Source: an uncultured Wenzhouxiangella sp. (GTDB taxonomy: Bacteria > Pseudomonadota > Gammaproteobacteria > Xanthomonadales > Wenzhouxiangellaceae). Taken from it: 64,000 nt of DNA. Both the position numbers and the translations under genes were made by a program. This document shows, piece after piece, positions 23,480-32,377 of the stretch (position 1 is the stretch's first letter; the number at the start of each line of letters is the position of its first letter). The notes beneath the pieces were generated by a model. That model was not told the DNA's origin and made no database searches. It was given only the letters and a program-made list of their open reading frames with translations. The stretch is from positions 183,487 through 247,486 of the forward strand of contig CAYWVH010000001.1 of the NCBI GenBank assembly GCA_964461845.1, in the 5' to 3' direction.

Positions 23480-24514
23480 ATGGATGGTTTGCGGCCAGCG
23501 ACAGACTATGCGAAAGGCTGCGTTGTTTCTTGGGCCTTTAACTCAACCATTCTGGCCGACAACCCGTTAGGTGATCCTGCGCTTCGCCAACATCCTGTCT
23601 ACTTGCCACCCGGTTATGAGGAAGAAGGCACAAAGCGCTATCCAGTGCTTTGGAGTCTTGCGGCGTACACCAATTCAGGGCTCGGTCACGTGGCTTGGCG
23701 CAATCACGGGGAGACCTGGCCCCAGCGTTTAGATCGTTTGATCTTTGAGGGCAAGATTCCGCCCATTATTTGTGTCTTTCCTGACTGTTACACCAGCTTA
23801 GGGGGCAATCAGTACGTCAATTCACCGGCCTTGGGCCGTTATGCCGACCACTTGGTTGAAGAGTTGGTGCCTGCCATTGATCAGTCCTTTCGGACCATCC
23901 CCGACTGGCAGGCCAGAGCGCTGATTGGAAAGTCGTCAGGCGGGTTTGGCGCGCTTCACTTGAGCATGCGTTTCCCTGAGGTCTGGGGTGCTGCGGGTTC
24001 TCATGCAGGTGACTGTGGCTTTGATCGCGTCTATGCCAGAGATTTCCCGACCACCTGTGATGTGTTGGCGCGCCATCGGGGTGATGTTGTTGAGTTTGTC
24101 CGGGCTTTTTGGCGCTCAAAGCGTCCTGGCCATGCCGATTTCCACGCGCTGATGACGCTGTGTTTGGCGGCCAGCTACTCACCTGAGCCTGACTGGCCAT
24201 TGGGTCTGGCGCTGCCTTTTGATTTGTATGCCTGCGAGATGGATCCTGCCGTTTGGGCGCGCTGGTTGTCTTTTGATCCTGTATCGGATGCCGCCAAGCA
24301 TGCAGGCGAGCTTCAGAAGTTATCTGCCTTTTGGATCGACGTGGGCACTCGAGATCAGTACTTCATCCACTACGGGAGCCGAGCATTGCATCGTGTCTTG
24401 GATGAACACCAAGTGGCCCACCATTATGAGGAATTTGATGGAAGTCACTCAGGAATAGATTGGCGTCTGGACCACTCCATCCCATACCTGGTCAATGCCT
24501 TGGTATCCGACTGA
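23480..24514 (+). CDS. Alpha/beta-hydrolase, putative esterase family (Fes/antigen 85-like)
   Basis: VYLPPGY, nucleophile elbow GKSSGG, candidate Asp (DVGTRDQY) and His (FDGSHSG). Confidence 0.8.
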   Translation: MDGLRPATDYAKGCVVSWAFNSTILADNPLGDPALRQHPVYLPPGYEEEGTKRYPVLWSLAAYTNSGLGHVAWRNHGETWPQRLDRLIFEGKIPPIICVFPDCYTSLGGNQYVNSPALGRYADHLVEELVPAIDQSFRTIPDWQARALIGKSSGGFGALHLSMRFPEVWGAAGSHAGDCGFDRVYARDFPTTCDVLARHRGDVVEFVRAFWRSKRPGHADFHALMTLCLAASYSPEPDWPLGLALPFDLYACEMDPAVWARWLSFDPVSDAAKHAGELQKLSAFWIDVGTRDQYFIHYGSRALHRVLDEHQVAHHYEEFDGSHSGIDWRLDHSIPYLVNALVSD

Positions 24515-24559
24515 TGGCCCTGCGCCCGATGGCACTTAAATCAGCGTTAAAATAGGCCC

Positions 24560-25138
24560 ATGTTGACTGTCACTCCCAGCGCGCGCGAATATTTCCAAGG
24601 CCTCCTTGAGCAGCAGCCTCAAGGAACCAATCTAAGATTACAGGTGTTGCACGCGGGCACGCCGAGGGCTGAAGTCGATTTGACTTTTTGTCCTGAAGGA
24701 GAGCAAGCCACCTCTGATACGCCGATTGAGTGTGGTGCCTTTGTCTTGTTTGTCGAGGCCAACAGCCGTCAAGCGTTGGAGGGTGCGATGATCGATTTTG
24801 AGCGCCACAGCACCGGTGGTGATTTGTCCATTCGCGCCCCTGGGTTAAAAGGTGAGCGGCCAAGTATCGACGCTCCAATTGAGGAGCGGATTGCCTGGGT
24901 TTTAGAAGCTCGGATTAACCCGATGGTGGCCTCACACGGGGGTGTGGTGTCTTTGGTCGAAGTGACTGAAGATCAGGATGTGGTTTTGAGGTTTGGTGGG
25001 GGTTGCCAAGGGTGTGGCATGATTGGGGTCACGCTCAAGCAAGGCGTAGAGACCACAATCAAGCAAGAGATTCCAGAGATCCGAGAAGTGATAGATGCCA
25101 CCGATCACGCCAGTGGCACCAATCCTTACTACCAATAA
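24560..25138 (+). CDS. nfuA: Fe/S biogenesis protein NfuA
   Basis: Degenerate A-type carrier N-domain; INPMVASHGG, FGGGCQGCG, DATDHASG. Confidence 0.93.
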   Translation: MLTVTPSAREYFQGLLEQQPQGTNLRLQVLHAGTPRAEVDLTFCPEGEQATSDTPIECGAFVLFVEANSRQALEGAMIDFERHSTGGDLSIRAPGLKGERPSIDAPIEERIAWVLEARINPMVASHGGVVSLVEVTEDQDVVLRFGGGCQGCGMIGVTLKQGVETTIKQEIPEIREVIDATDHASGTNPYYQ

Positions 25139-25169
25139 TATTGTTCTCTCTTTGCAGCTGAACCTAACC

Positions 25170-25189
25170 CGATCACCCATGTGTGATCG
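25170..25189. terminator. Hairpin between convergent nfuA and cytochrome c genes
   Basis: CGATCAC-ccatgt-GTGATCG 7-bp stem; no U tract on either side, so function uncertain. Confidence 0.3.
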
Positions 25190-25204
25190 AGCTGTGGGGC
25201 CAAG

Positions 25205-25546
25205 CTAGTCAATCTTCAATTCAATCAATCCGCTTTGGCGAGAATACCAAGCAGCCAAGTCTTCAATGTCTTGGTCACTCAATGCAGCAGCAAAGCCCGC
25301 CATGATCGCATTGTCGCGGTCACCAGAGCGGTATGCCTTAAGGGCATGGACGAGGTAGTCATAATGCTGCCCACCCAGTTTGGGGTAATCGTCTTGCAAG
25401 GATAAGTTGCCGTCTATGCCGTGGCAGCTCTGGCAAACAGCAGAGATCTCCAGCCCACGCTGAGGGTTGCCTGTGGCAAAGGCATCGAGGCTGACCGAGC
25501 CGATGATGAGAAGTAAGCCAGCACGCAGAATCACTCGACAACTCAT
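25205..25546 (-). CDS. Monoheme class I cytochrome c (c4/c554-like)
   Basis: Signal peptide, CQSCH, PKLGGQ, distal Met (NAIMAGFA). Confidence 0.9.
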   Translation of the reverse strand: MSCRVILRAGLLLIIGSVSLDAFATGNPQRGLEISAVCQSCHGIDGNLSLQDDYPKLGGQHYDYLVHALKAYRSGDRDNAIMAGFAAALSDQDIEDLAAWYSRQSGLIELKID

Positions 25547-25920
25547 GGCTGACCTCCAACGTTTGCATTGGTGTTGGTCTCATTGTCCGCGGCGAAGCTG
25601 GCAAAGTAGGCCGCCACATGATGCATGTCTTCATCAGACAGTGTGTGTGCTTGTGCATTCATGGTGGCGTGCTTGCGGCTACCGTCTCGGTACGCCTTCA
25701 GGGCAGAAACAATATAGCCATGATTCTGCCCGCCAATGCGAGGGACAGAGTAGGAGGGGTAGACATTGGCCTGAAAGGGAATGCCATGACAGCCATTGCA
25801 GGTATATGCGATGACTCTTCCTTCTTCAGGATCACCCATCTGAGCGCCCAGAGGCGTGCCGAGTAACCCTGTGGCCAGCGCAAGCGCACCTGCGCCAAAT
25901 AGTTTCATGGTTCGATTCAA
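25543..25920 (-). CDS. Monoheme class I cytochrome c (c4/c554-like)
   Basis: Signal peptide, CNGCH, PRIGGQ, distal Met (HATMNAQA); ATGA overlap with next gene. Confidence 0.9.
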   Translation of the reverse strand: MNRTMKLFGAGALALATGLLGTPLGAQMGDPEEGRVIAYTCNGCHGIPFQANVYPSYSVPRIGGQNHGYIVSALKAYRDGSRKHATMNAQAHTLSDEDMHHVAAYFASFAADNETNTNANVGGQP

Positions 25921-26041
25921 AGCAAGCTACTCCAAAACAGTCCAGAGGGCTATTATAGCGAGGCAACGGGCCAGGGTGTAGGGTCCCCGACATTTGTGAT
26001 TATGGATTAAAATGGGGGCTGTTTTAATCGGGGCAAAACCT

Positions 26042-27205
26042 ATGCGAGCGCTGGATGCTTTAGACCTTTTTGATATTACCGCCGAGCTGACTGAAGAAGA
26101 ACGCATGATCCAACAGGCGGTGGGTCGATTTGTCGATGAGAAAGCCCTGCCACTGATCCCAAAATGCTTCGACGAGGGGCGTTTTCCGGCCGAGTTAATC
26201 CCTGAGATTGCTGAGCTTGGGCTGTTGGGTTCCAGCCTAGAAGGCTATGGTTGCGCGGGTCTCAATGCGGTGAGCTATGGCTTGATCTGCCAGGAGCTGG
26301 AACGTGGAGATTCTGGTCTTCGAAGCTTTGTCTCGGTCCAGTCGTCTTTGTGCATGTATCCAATCCATGCTTTTGGGTCAGACGAGCAGAAAGCCATGTG
26401 GTTGCCCCGCATGGCGGCAGGCGAGGTCATCGGCTGTTTTGGATTAACTGAACCCCATGGTGGCTCTGATCCGGCCAACATGAAAACACACGCCAAGCGG
26501 GATGGGTCTGATTGGATCTTAAATGGCGCTAAGATGTGGATCACCAATGGGGGCATTGCCGATATCGCCATCGTCTGGGCCATGACGGAGGAGGGGATTC
26601 AGGGGTTTATTGTAGAGCGAGGATTTGCTGGCTTTGAGACACGTGATATCCACGCCAAGATGTCCCTTCGTGCCTCAGTCACGTCAGAGCTATATTTTGA
26701 TAATGTGCGCATCCCAGATTCGCATCGCCTGCCCAATGTGATTGGCTTGAAAGGCCCGCTGTCGTGTTTATCTCAAGCACGCTATGGGATCACCTGGGGC
26801 CCCATCGGCGCGGCACAGGCTTGCTTGAAAGAGGCCCTAGCGTACGCGGCAGATCGTGAGCTTTTCAAAAGACCGTTGTCCGCCAACCAAGCCGTGCAGA
26901 TCAGGCTTGCTGACATGGCTCGCCGCATCACAACCGCGCAACTGCTGTCACTGCGTCTGGGTCGCTTGAAAGACGCCGGTTCAGTGCACCCCACCCAAAT
27001 TTCCTTGGCCAAGTGGAACAACGTCAGAATGGCCCTAGACATTGCCAGAGATTGTCGGGACTTGCTCGGCGGCTCAGGCATTACGCTGGAATACGCGGCC
27101 ATTCGACACTTGCTTAATCTTGAGTCTGTGATCACCTACGAGGGTACCGAGACAGTGCATCAGCTTGTCGTGGGTCGTGAGCTCACGGGCATCAATGCGT
27201 TCTAA
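26042..27205 (+). CDS. gcdH: Glutaryl-CoA dehydrogenase-like acyl-CoA dehydrogenase
   Basis: ELERGDSGLRSFVSVQSSL, GCFGLTEP, GAKMWITN, ITYEGT; start ATG 26042. Confidence 0.82.
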   Translation: MRALDALDLFDITAELTEEERMIQQAVGRFVDEKALPLIPKCFDEGRFPAELIPEIAELGLLGSSLEGYGCAGLNAVSYGLICQELERGDSGLRSFVSVQSSLCMYPIHAFGSDEQKAMWLPRMAAGEVIGCFGLTEPHGGSDPANMKTHAKRDGSDWILNGAKMWITNGGIADIAIVWAMTEEGIQGFIVERGFAGFETRDIHAKMSLRASVTSELYFDNVRIPDSHRLPNVIGLKGPLSCLSQARYGITWGPIGAAQACLKEALAYAADRELFKRPLSANQAVQIRLADMARRITTAQLLSLRLGRLKDAGSVHPTQISLAKWNNVRMALDIARDCRDLLGGSGITLEYAAIRHLLNLESVITYEGTETVHQLVVGRELTGINAF

Positions 27206-27226
27206 ATTGTCTTAAGAGACCGATTT

Positions 27227-29440
27227 ATGAGCGCTCGGATTAACCGTGCACCGCTGATTGACCAGCGTTTTATCGACTTTGTTGAGCGCCTTGATCCTAC
27301 ATCAATAAACACATCTTTGGGGCAGTCCGATCTGACGGATAAAGATCTGTTGGAATTGTTCGAGAGCCAAATGGTCTCGCGTCAACTTGATCTGATGGCG
27401 AGAATTAAGCGCCAAGAGAATAAGGTCTTTTACACCATAGGCTCGTCGGGCCACGAGGGGAATGCCTTGCTTGGGCGCGTGACTCGGGCAACAGACCCAG
27501 CCTTCTTGCACTACCGCTCCGGTGCGTTTATGGCGGAGCGCTATCGAAAAGCGCCCAATCTCAACTTCATTGATGACACGTGTCTATCTTTTGCTGCTTC
27601 AAGCCAAGAGCCGGCCTCAGGTGGCCGCCACAAAGTCTGGGGCCATCCAGACCTTTGGGTGCTTCCGCAAACTTCAACCATCGCATCGCATCTGCCAAAG
27701 GCTTTGGGCACAGCGCTGGCCATCGAGTCGGCCAAGGCCTCTGGTCAACATTTGCCAGTGCCAGCTGATTCCATTGTGGTTTGTAGCTTTGGGGATGCCA
27801 GCCTGAACCATGCCACGGCACAAACCACACTCAACGCTTTGGCATGGACCCGCCACCAGAACTTAAAAGCGCCTTTGGTGTTGGTGTGCGAAGACAACGG
27901 TTGGGGCATCTCTGTGCCCACACCCAGCGATTGGGTTCAGCGGAGCATTGAGGCACGCTATGGCATTGAGTATGTTCGGGTGAATGGACTCGATATCGCC
28001 TCGGGTTATACAGCCGTGGCTGAAGCCATTGGCCGAGTCAGGTCACGTCGAGCCGCGGTGTTTATCCATTTGGATACCGTTCGTTTGATGGGCCACGCTG
28101 GGACTGACTTTGAGATCGAGTATCGCGCTGAGGCCGAATTGTTGGCGTCTGAGGGCAAAGACCCCTTAATGGTCAGTGCCCTGCATGTGATCGGGAGAGG
28201 GCTGATGCCCAAAGAGGCCGTGGTGGCTCGGTATCGGTCCCTGGGTGAGCACATACTGGCAAGAGCGGATTGGGCGGATCAGCAACCTAAGCTGTCATCT
28301 GTGGCGAGCATCATGGCCCCACTGGCCCCATGCTCGCCCTCAGAGGTGGTCATCGAGGCGGGCCGTGCGCCTGCCGTCGCAGGGGCGCAAGATCTGAGTG
28401 AGTCTGGTGCCTCGCCGGAGGCGCAGGGCGCCAAGCACATGGCCGTCTTGATCAACCAAGGCTTAAGAGACATTCTTAAGAAATATCCACAAGCCATTGT
28501 ATTTGGAGAGGATGTTGCCAAAAAGGGGGGTGTGTATACCGTCACCAAAGGTCTGTGGTCCACGTTCGGGCGTCGGCGAGTTTTCAATACGCTGTTGGAT
28601 GAGACCACAATATTGGGCCTGGCCCAGGGCTATGCCACGATGGGGTTTTTGCCCATCCCCGAGATCCAGTATTTGGCTTATTTCCACAATGCCTGTGACC
28701 AGATTCGCGGTGAGGCATGCTCATTGCAGTTCTTTTCCAATGGCCGATTCAAAAACCCGATGGTGATGAGGATTGCTGGTCTGGGGTATCAAAAAGGCTT
28801 TGGTGGCCATTTTCATAACGACAATTCGATCACGGCTTTGAGAGACATCCCTGGTTTGGTCATCGGTGTGCCCTCGCGCGGGGACGATGCGGTGATGATG
28901 CTTCGGACCATGACGGCTCTTGCAGCGGTGGATGGTCGGGTGTGTGCGTTTATTGAGCCCATCGCCCTTTACATGACCAAAGACCTCTATGAGACCGATG
29001 ATCGTCAATGGTGCTTTCAGTATCCAGCCGCTGAGCAATGTCTGACCCCGTTTGAGCCTCGCCAATACGGTGAGGGTGAGTGTGATTTGCTGATCATTAC
29101 CTATGGCAACGCGGTCCCCATGGCGCTGCGTATCCAACGCCGCCTAAAGTCTCAAGGCAAGAGGATTAACGTATTGGATCTGCGGTGGCTCAAGCCCCTG
29201 CCACTGGAGGCCATAGAGCGGCTTGCCAGAGACGCTCGGGCGGTATTGGCGGTGGATGAGGGGAGGCCAGGCGGTTGTGCCGCTGAGACGGTTTTGGCTC
29301 ATTTGGCTCAGCATCAAGTAGGGTTAAAGGTCGGGCTGGTGACGGCCCAAGATAGTTATATCCCCTTGGCTCAGGCGGCGGAGCTTGTGATGGTCAGTGA
29401 GTCTGACATCGATCAAGCCGCTCAGGCGCTGCTGGAATGA
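27227..29440 (+). CDS. Fused E1 alpha/beta ThDP-dependent 2-oxoacid dehydrogenase
   Basis: ThDP motif FGDAS...EDNG, RLMGHAGTD; beta part GEDVAKKGGVY, LDETTILG, PEIQYLAY, GGHFHND, LDLRWL. Confidence 0.88.
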   Translation: MSARINRAPLIDQRFIDFVERLDPTSINTSLGQSDLTDKDLLELFESQMVSRQLDLMARIKRQENKVFYTIGSSGHEGNALLGRVTRATDPAFLHYRSGAFMAERYRKAPNLNFIDDTCLSFAASSQEPASGGRHKVWGHPDLWVLPQTSTIASHLPKALGTALAIESAKASGQHLPVPADSIVVCSFGDASLNHATAQTTLNALAWTRHQNLKAPLVLVCEDNGWGISVPTPSDWVQRSIEARYGIEYVRVNGLDIASGYTAVAEAIGRVRSRRAAVFIHLDTVRLMGHAGTDFEIEYRAEAELLASEGKDPLMVSALHVIGRGLMPKEAVVARYRSLGEHILARADWADQQPKLSSVASIMAPLAPCSPSEVVIEAGRAPAVAGAQDLSESGASPEAQGAKHMAVLINQGLRDILKKYPQAIVFGEDVAKKGGVYTVTKGLWSTFGRRRVFNTLLDETTILGLAQGYATMGFLPIPEIQYLAYFHNACDQIRGEACSLQFFSNGRFKNPMVMRIAGLGYQKGFGGHFHNDNSITALRDIPGLVIGVPSRGDDAVMMLRTMTALAAVDGRVCAFIEPIALYMTKDLYETDDRQWCFQYPAAEQCLTPFEPRQYGEGECDLLIITYGNAVPMALRIQRRLKSQGKRINVLDLRWLKPLPLEAIERLARDARAVLAVDEGRPGGCAAETVLAHLAQHQVGLKVGLVTAQDSYIPLAQAAELVMVSESDIDQAAQALLE

Positions 29441-29530
29441 CCCGCGCAGAATGACGCACCAGCGCTTTGACAGGCCCGTGAGTCTATTTGCGGTACTGTA
29501 TGCACTGATCTTTGATTCTGGGATTGAGCG

Positions 29531-30424
29531 ATGAGAGTGCTGGTGACGGGGGGTACAGGTTTTATTGGCCAAGCGCTTTGCCCCTACTTGATCGATCAAG
29601 GCCACCAAGTGGCCGTGTTATCGAGAAACCCTAGAAAGGCAGCGACTAAGTTGCCCCCATCGGTGATGATCCGACGTGAGCTGGCTGATTTGGCTGAATT
29701 TGCGCCAAAGGCCATCGTCAATCTGGCCGGTGAGCCGATTGCCAATGCTCGCTGGACAGGCGCCAGAAAACAAAAGCTGGTCTTGTCTCGAACCCAGACG
29801 ACTCACTCACTTGTTGATTTTCTAAAGGCATTGCCCGAAAAACCTGACGTTTTTGTCTCCGCCTCGGCGGTCGGCTTCTACGGCAATCGAGGGCAAGAAG
29901 AAATGACAGAGTCCAGCTCGGGTCGTGGTGGGTTCTCGCACGAGCTGTGCGAGCGTTGGGAGGCGGCCGCCCGCTTGGCCGAAGGCGATGTCGCGCGGCT
30001 TTGTATCGTGAGAATTGGTTTGGTGTTGGATCAACCAGGCGGGTTGTTGGATCGAATGGTGTTGCCCTTTAAGCTGGGAGTTGGGGGTCGTTTTGGTTCA
30101 GGTGAGCAGTACATGCCCTGGATTCATCGTCAGGACATGGTGCGCATCATTGGATTCCTGTTGGCATCAACAACAGCCGAGGGGATTTATAACGCCTCTG
30201 CGCCTAACCCTGTGACCAATCAGGTTTTTAGTCAAACCTTGGCCGAGGTGCTCCATCGACCCATGTTGCTGCCTGTGCCATCGAGTGTTTTGAGAATGGC
30301 CTTTGGGGAGATGTCGGAACTGATGCTTGAGGGTGCACGCATGGTCCCACAGCGGCTCGTGGAGAGTGGCTTTGAGTTTAATCACCCGAATTTGAAAGAA
30401 GCACTGACCTCTATTCTTAAATAA
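29531..30424 (+). CDS. TIGR01777 family NAD-dependent epimerase/oxidoreductase (YfcH-like)
   Basis: TGGTGFIG, NLAGEPI, SASAVGFYG, WEAAA, PWIH, C-terminal FGEMSEL..EG. Confidence 0.92.
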   Translation: MRVLVTGGTGFIGQALCPYLIDQGHQVAVLSRNPRKAATKLPPSVMIRRELADLAEFAPKAIVNLAGEPIANARWTGARKQKLVLSRTQTTHSLVDFLKALPEKPDVFVSASAVGFYGNRGQEEMTESSSGRGGFSHELCERWEAAARLAEGDVARLCIVRIGLVLDQPGGLLDRMVLPFKLGVGGRFGSGEQYMPWIHRQDMVRIIGFLLASTTAEGIYNASAPNPVTNQVFSQTLAEVLHRPMLLPVPSSVLRMAFGEMSELMLEGARMVPQRLVESGFEFNHPNLKEALTSILK

Positions 30425-30447
30425 GCACAGAGGTTAAACGCCAAGAT

Positions 30448-31431
30448 TTATTCAAGCCTCTCTTGGATGATGATCTGAGCTCGCGTGCTGGGTCCAACCA
30501 CGACTCGCCCTTCCAGATCTCCTGTCTTTGGTGCAACATCATTGCCCAGCGAGACCCGTGCGGTGAGCTGTATGTCGGCAGCTGAAGACAGGGTCATTCC
30601 TTCAATCATGGCGTCTGCATCACTCAAGGAGAGCGTGATGGGTAGGTCCTCGACAGTCAGTCTGCGAGCCGCCAAAGGGGTTGAGGGCCCGTCGACTGCT
30701 TGGGCGATCACGAACACCGTCTCTTGGCCAGTCAGCGCCTCTCTGAGGGCGGGTGCAATATCGATGGCTACTTCGATCACTCGGCCTGATCTCATTTCAC
30801 CCGTTTGTGATCTGGCCAATTCGATCTGGCGTTGTATCGATTCAACAACCGGCGCGTTTTCCGGCAGCTGTGCCAACAAGCCTTCCCAGTATTGGATGGC
30901 CTGATTAAATTGTTCAGCCGTAAAAGCCACCACCCCTTGAAGCCAGAGGGCTTTTTGAAGCGTTGGGTCTGTTGCCAATGCCTCTTCAAGAAGCGCTCTC
31001 GCTTCCTGTGGGGCTGCCCCGACATTGGAGAGAATCAATGTCTCGGCGAGCTCGACTTTGAAAGTCGGGTTGTTATTGTCAATATAAAGCGCACGTCTTA
31101 GCGCATGTTCCGCCGCTGAGAAGGCTTCGATGTTTTTGTATGCCATGCCCAATGCAAACCAATTGTCTTGATTGTCAGGCTGTTTCTCAAGGTCATTGGC
31201 AATCTCAATCAGTTGTGCTCGGAGTTGATCAGAGGGGCCAAAAGAACGATCGATCGCTCTGGGTTCCCCGACCACGGCATACAGACCGATCAGGCCCGCG
31301 GGCAGTAAAAAGATAAGTGCGACACCGAGCAACAAATACTGATTTCTTTGGTCTGGTCGCCACAAAGGCACGAGAAAGCAGGCCAGGGTGAACAATAGGG
31401 ACAGGAGTCCAAACGCAATAAAGGATGTCAT
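30448..31431 (-). CDS. ccmI: Cytochrome c biogenesis TPR protein CcmI/CycH
   Basis: N-terminal TMs, TPR region, C-terminal domain (VFVIAQA..GPSTPLAARR, LSDADAM); last gene of ccm operon. Confidence 0.85.
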   Translation of the reverse strand: MTSFIAFGLLSLLFTLACFLVPLWRPDQRNQYLLLGVALIFLLPAGLIGLYAVVGEPRAIDRSFGPSDQLRAQLIEIANDLEKQPDNQDNWFALGMAYKNIEAFSAAEHALRRALYIDNNNPTFKVELAETLILSNVGAAPQEARALLEEALATDPTLQKALWLQGVVAFTAEQFNQAIQYWEGLLAQLPENAPVVESIQRQIELARSQTGEMRSGRVIEVAIDIAPALREALTGQETVFVIAQAVDGPSTPLAARRLTVEDLPITLSLSDADAMIEGMTLSSAADIQLTARVSLGNDVAPKTGDLEGRVVVGPSTRAQIIIQERLE

Positions 31432-31841
31432 GGGTTAAGAAGCTTTTTTCTTTGGCGGATCACAACAACAGAAGCGATCAGACCGATCAACAGCAAAATA
31501 ACTGGCCCTCCCCACAACAGTAAGGTGTGAGAAGCCAATGGGGGTCGATACAAGACAAAATCCCCATAGCGTTCCACCATGAAATTGCGGATCTCTTGAT
31601 CTGATCGACCATCTTGAATCATGAAGAAAAGTTGCTGGCGAAGGTCTTGAGCCAAAGGGGCGTCAGAATCAGCCAGTGATTGGTTTTGGCATACCGTGCA
31701 GCGGATTTCCTCAGCCAGGGCTTTGAATCTGATTTCCTCAACTTCAGTTCGAAAGGGAAAGGGCTCGATGGCAGATGCCATTCCGAGCAGGGGTGCCTGC
31801 AGTGCAATTAATGTCATCACAAGAGCAATGGCTCGGCTCAT
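31428..31841 (-). CDS. ccmH: Cytochrome c biogenesis protein CcmH
   Basis: IRCTVCQNQSLADS, ERYGDFVLYRP. Confidence 0.95.
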   Translation of the reverse strand: MSRAIALVMTLIALQAPLLGMASAIEPFPFRTEVEEIRFKALAEEIRCTVCQNQSLADSDAPLAQDLRQQLFFMIQDGRSDQEIRNFMVERYGDFVLYRPPLASHTLLLWGGPVILLLIGLIASVVVIRQRKKLLNP

Positions 31842-32377
31842 GAGGGTATCTCTTCTTTCAAACGCTCAATTTGTTTGAGGAGATCTTGTAGGATCTGCTC
31901 ATCGATGGGTCCAATGTGTTTGTGCCGAATGGTGCCCGTGTGGTCAATCAAAAAAGTTTCTGGCGCGCCATACACACCCAAATCAATGGCACTGCGGCCC
32001 TCATAATCGACCATGTGGTAGCTCCAAGCATCACCAAAGCGGTTGAGCCAGCGAAGTGCGTCTTGCCGCTCATCTTTCCAGTTAAATCCAACCACCGCCG
32101 CACGGGATTCCTCAGTCAAGCGTTTGACATAAGGATGCTCGATGCGGCAGGACTGACACCAGCTGCCCCACACATTCAGCACCCACACCTCGCCTAAACG
32201 ATCTTGAGTGCTGGTGGATTGTTCAGGGTGGTGTAATTTGGGCAAAGAAAAAGAGGGGATGGTCCGTCCTACCAAAGGAGAGTCCACCAACTTTCTTTCT
32301 TCAGCAGTTTGCATGCCGATCACGAGCAAAGCCACCAGTGCTGAAAACACCAGAAGTGGCGTGAGTAAGCGAATCAT
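31838..32377 (-). CDS. ccmG: Thiol:disulfide interchange protein CcmG/DsbE
   Basis: NVWGSWCQSCRIEHP, GVYGAPETF. Confidence 0.95.
   Translation of the reverse strand: MIRLLTPLLVFSALVALLVIGMQTAEERKLVDSPLVGRTIPSFSLPKLHHPEQSTSTQDRLGEVWVLNVWGSWCQSCRIEHPYVKRLTEESRAAVVGFNWKDERQDALRWLNRFGDAWSYHMVDYEGRSAIDLGVYGAPETFLIDHTGTIRHKHIGPIDEQILQDLLKQIERLKEEIPS

Noticed and set aside
24529-24553. Sigma54 promoter before nfuA (TGGCACTTAAATCAGC)
   Set aside because: The GC dinucleotide is one base out of the required GG-N10-GC register
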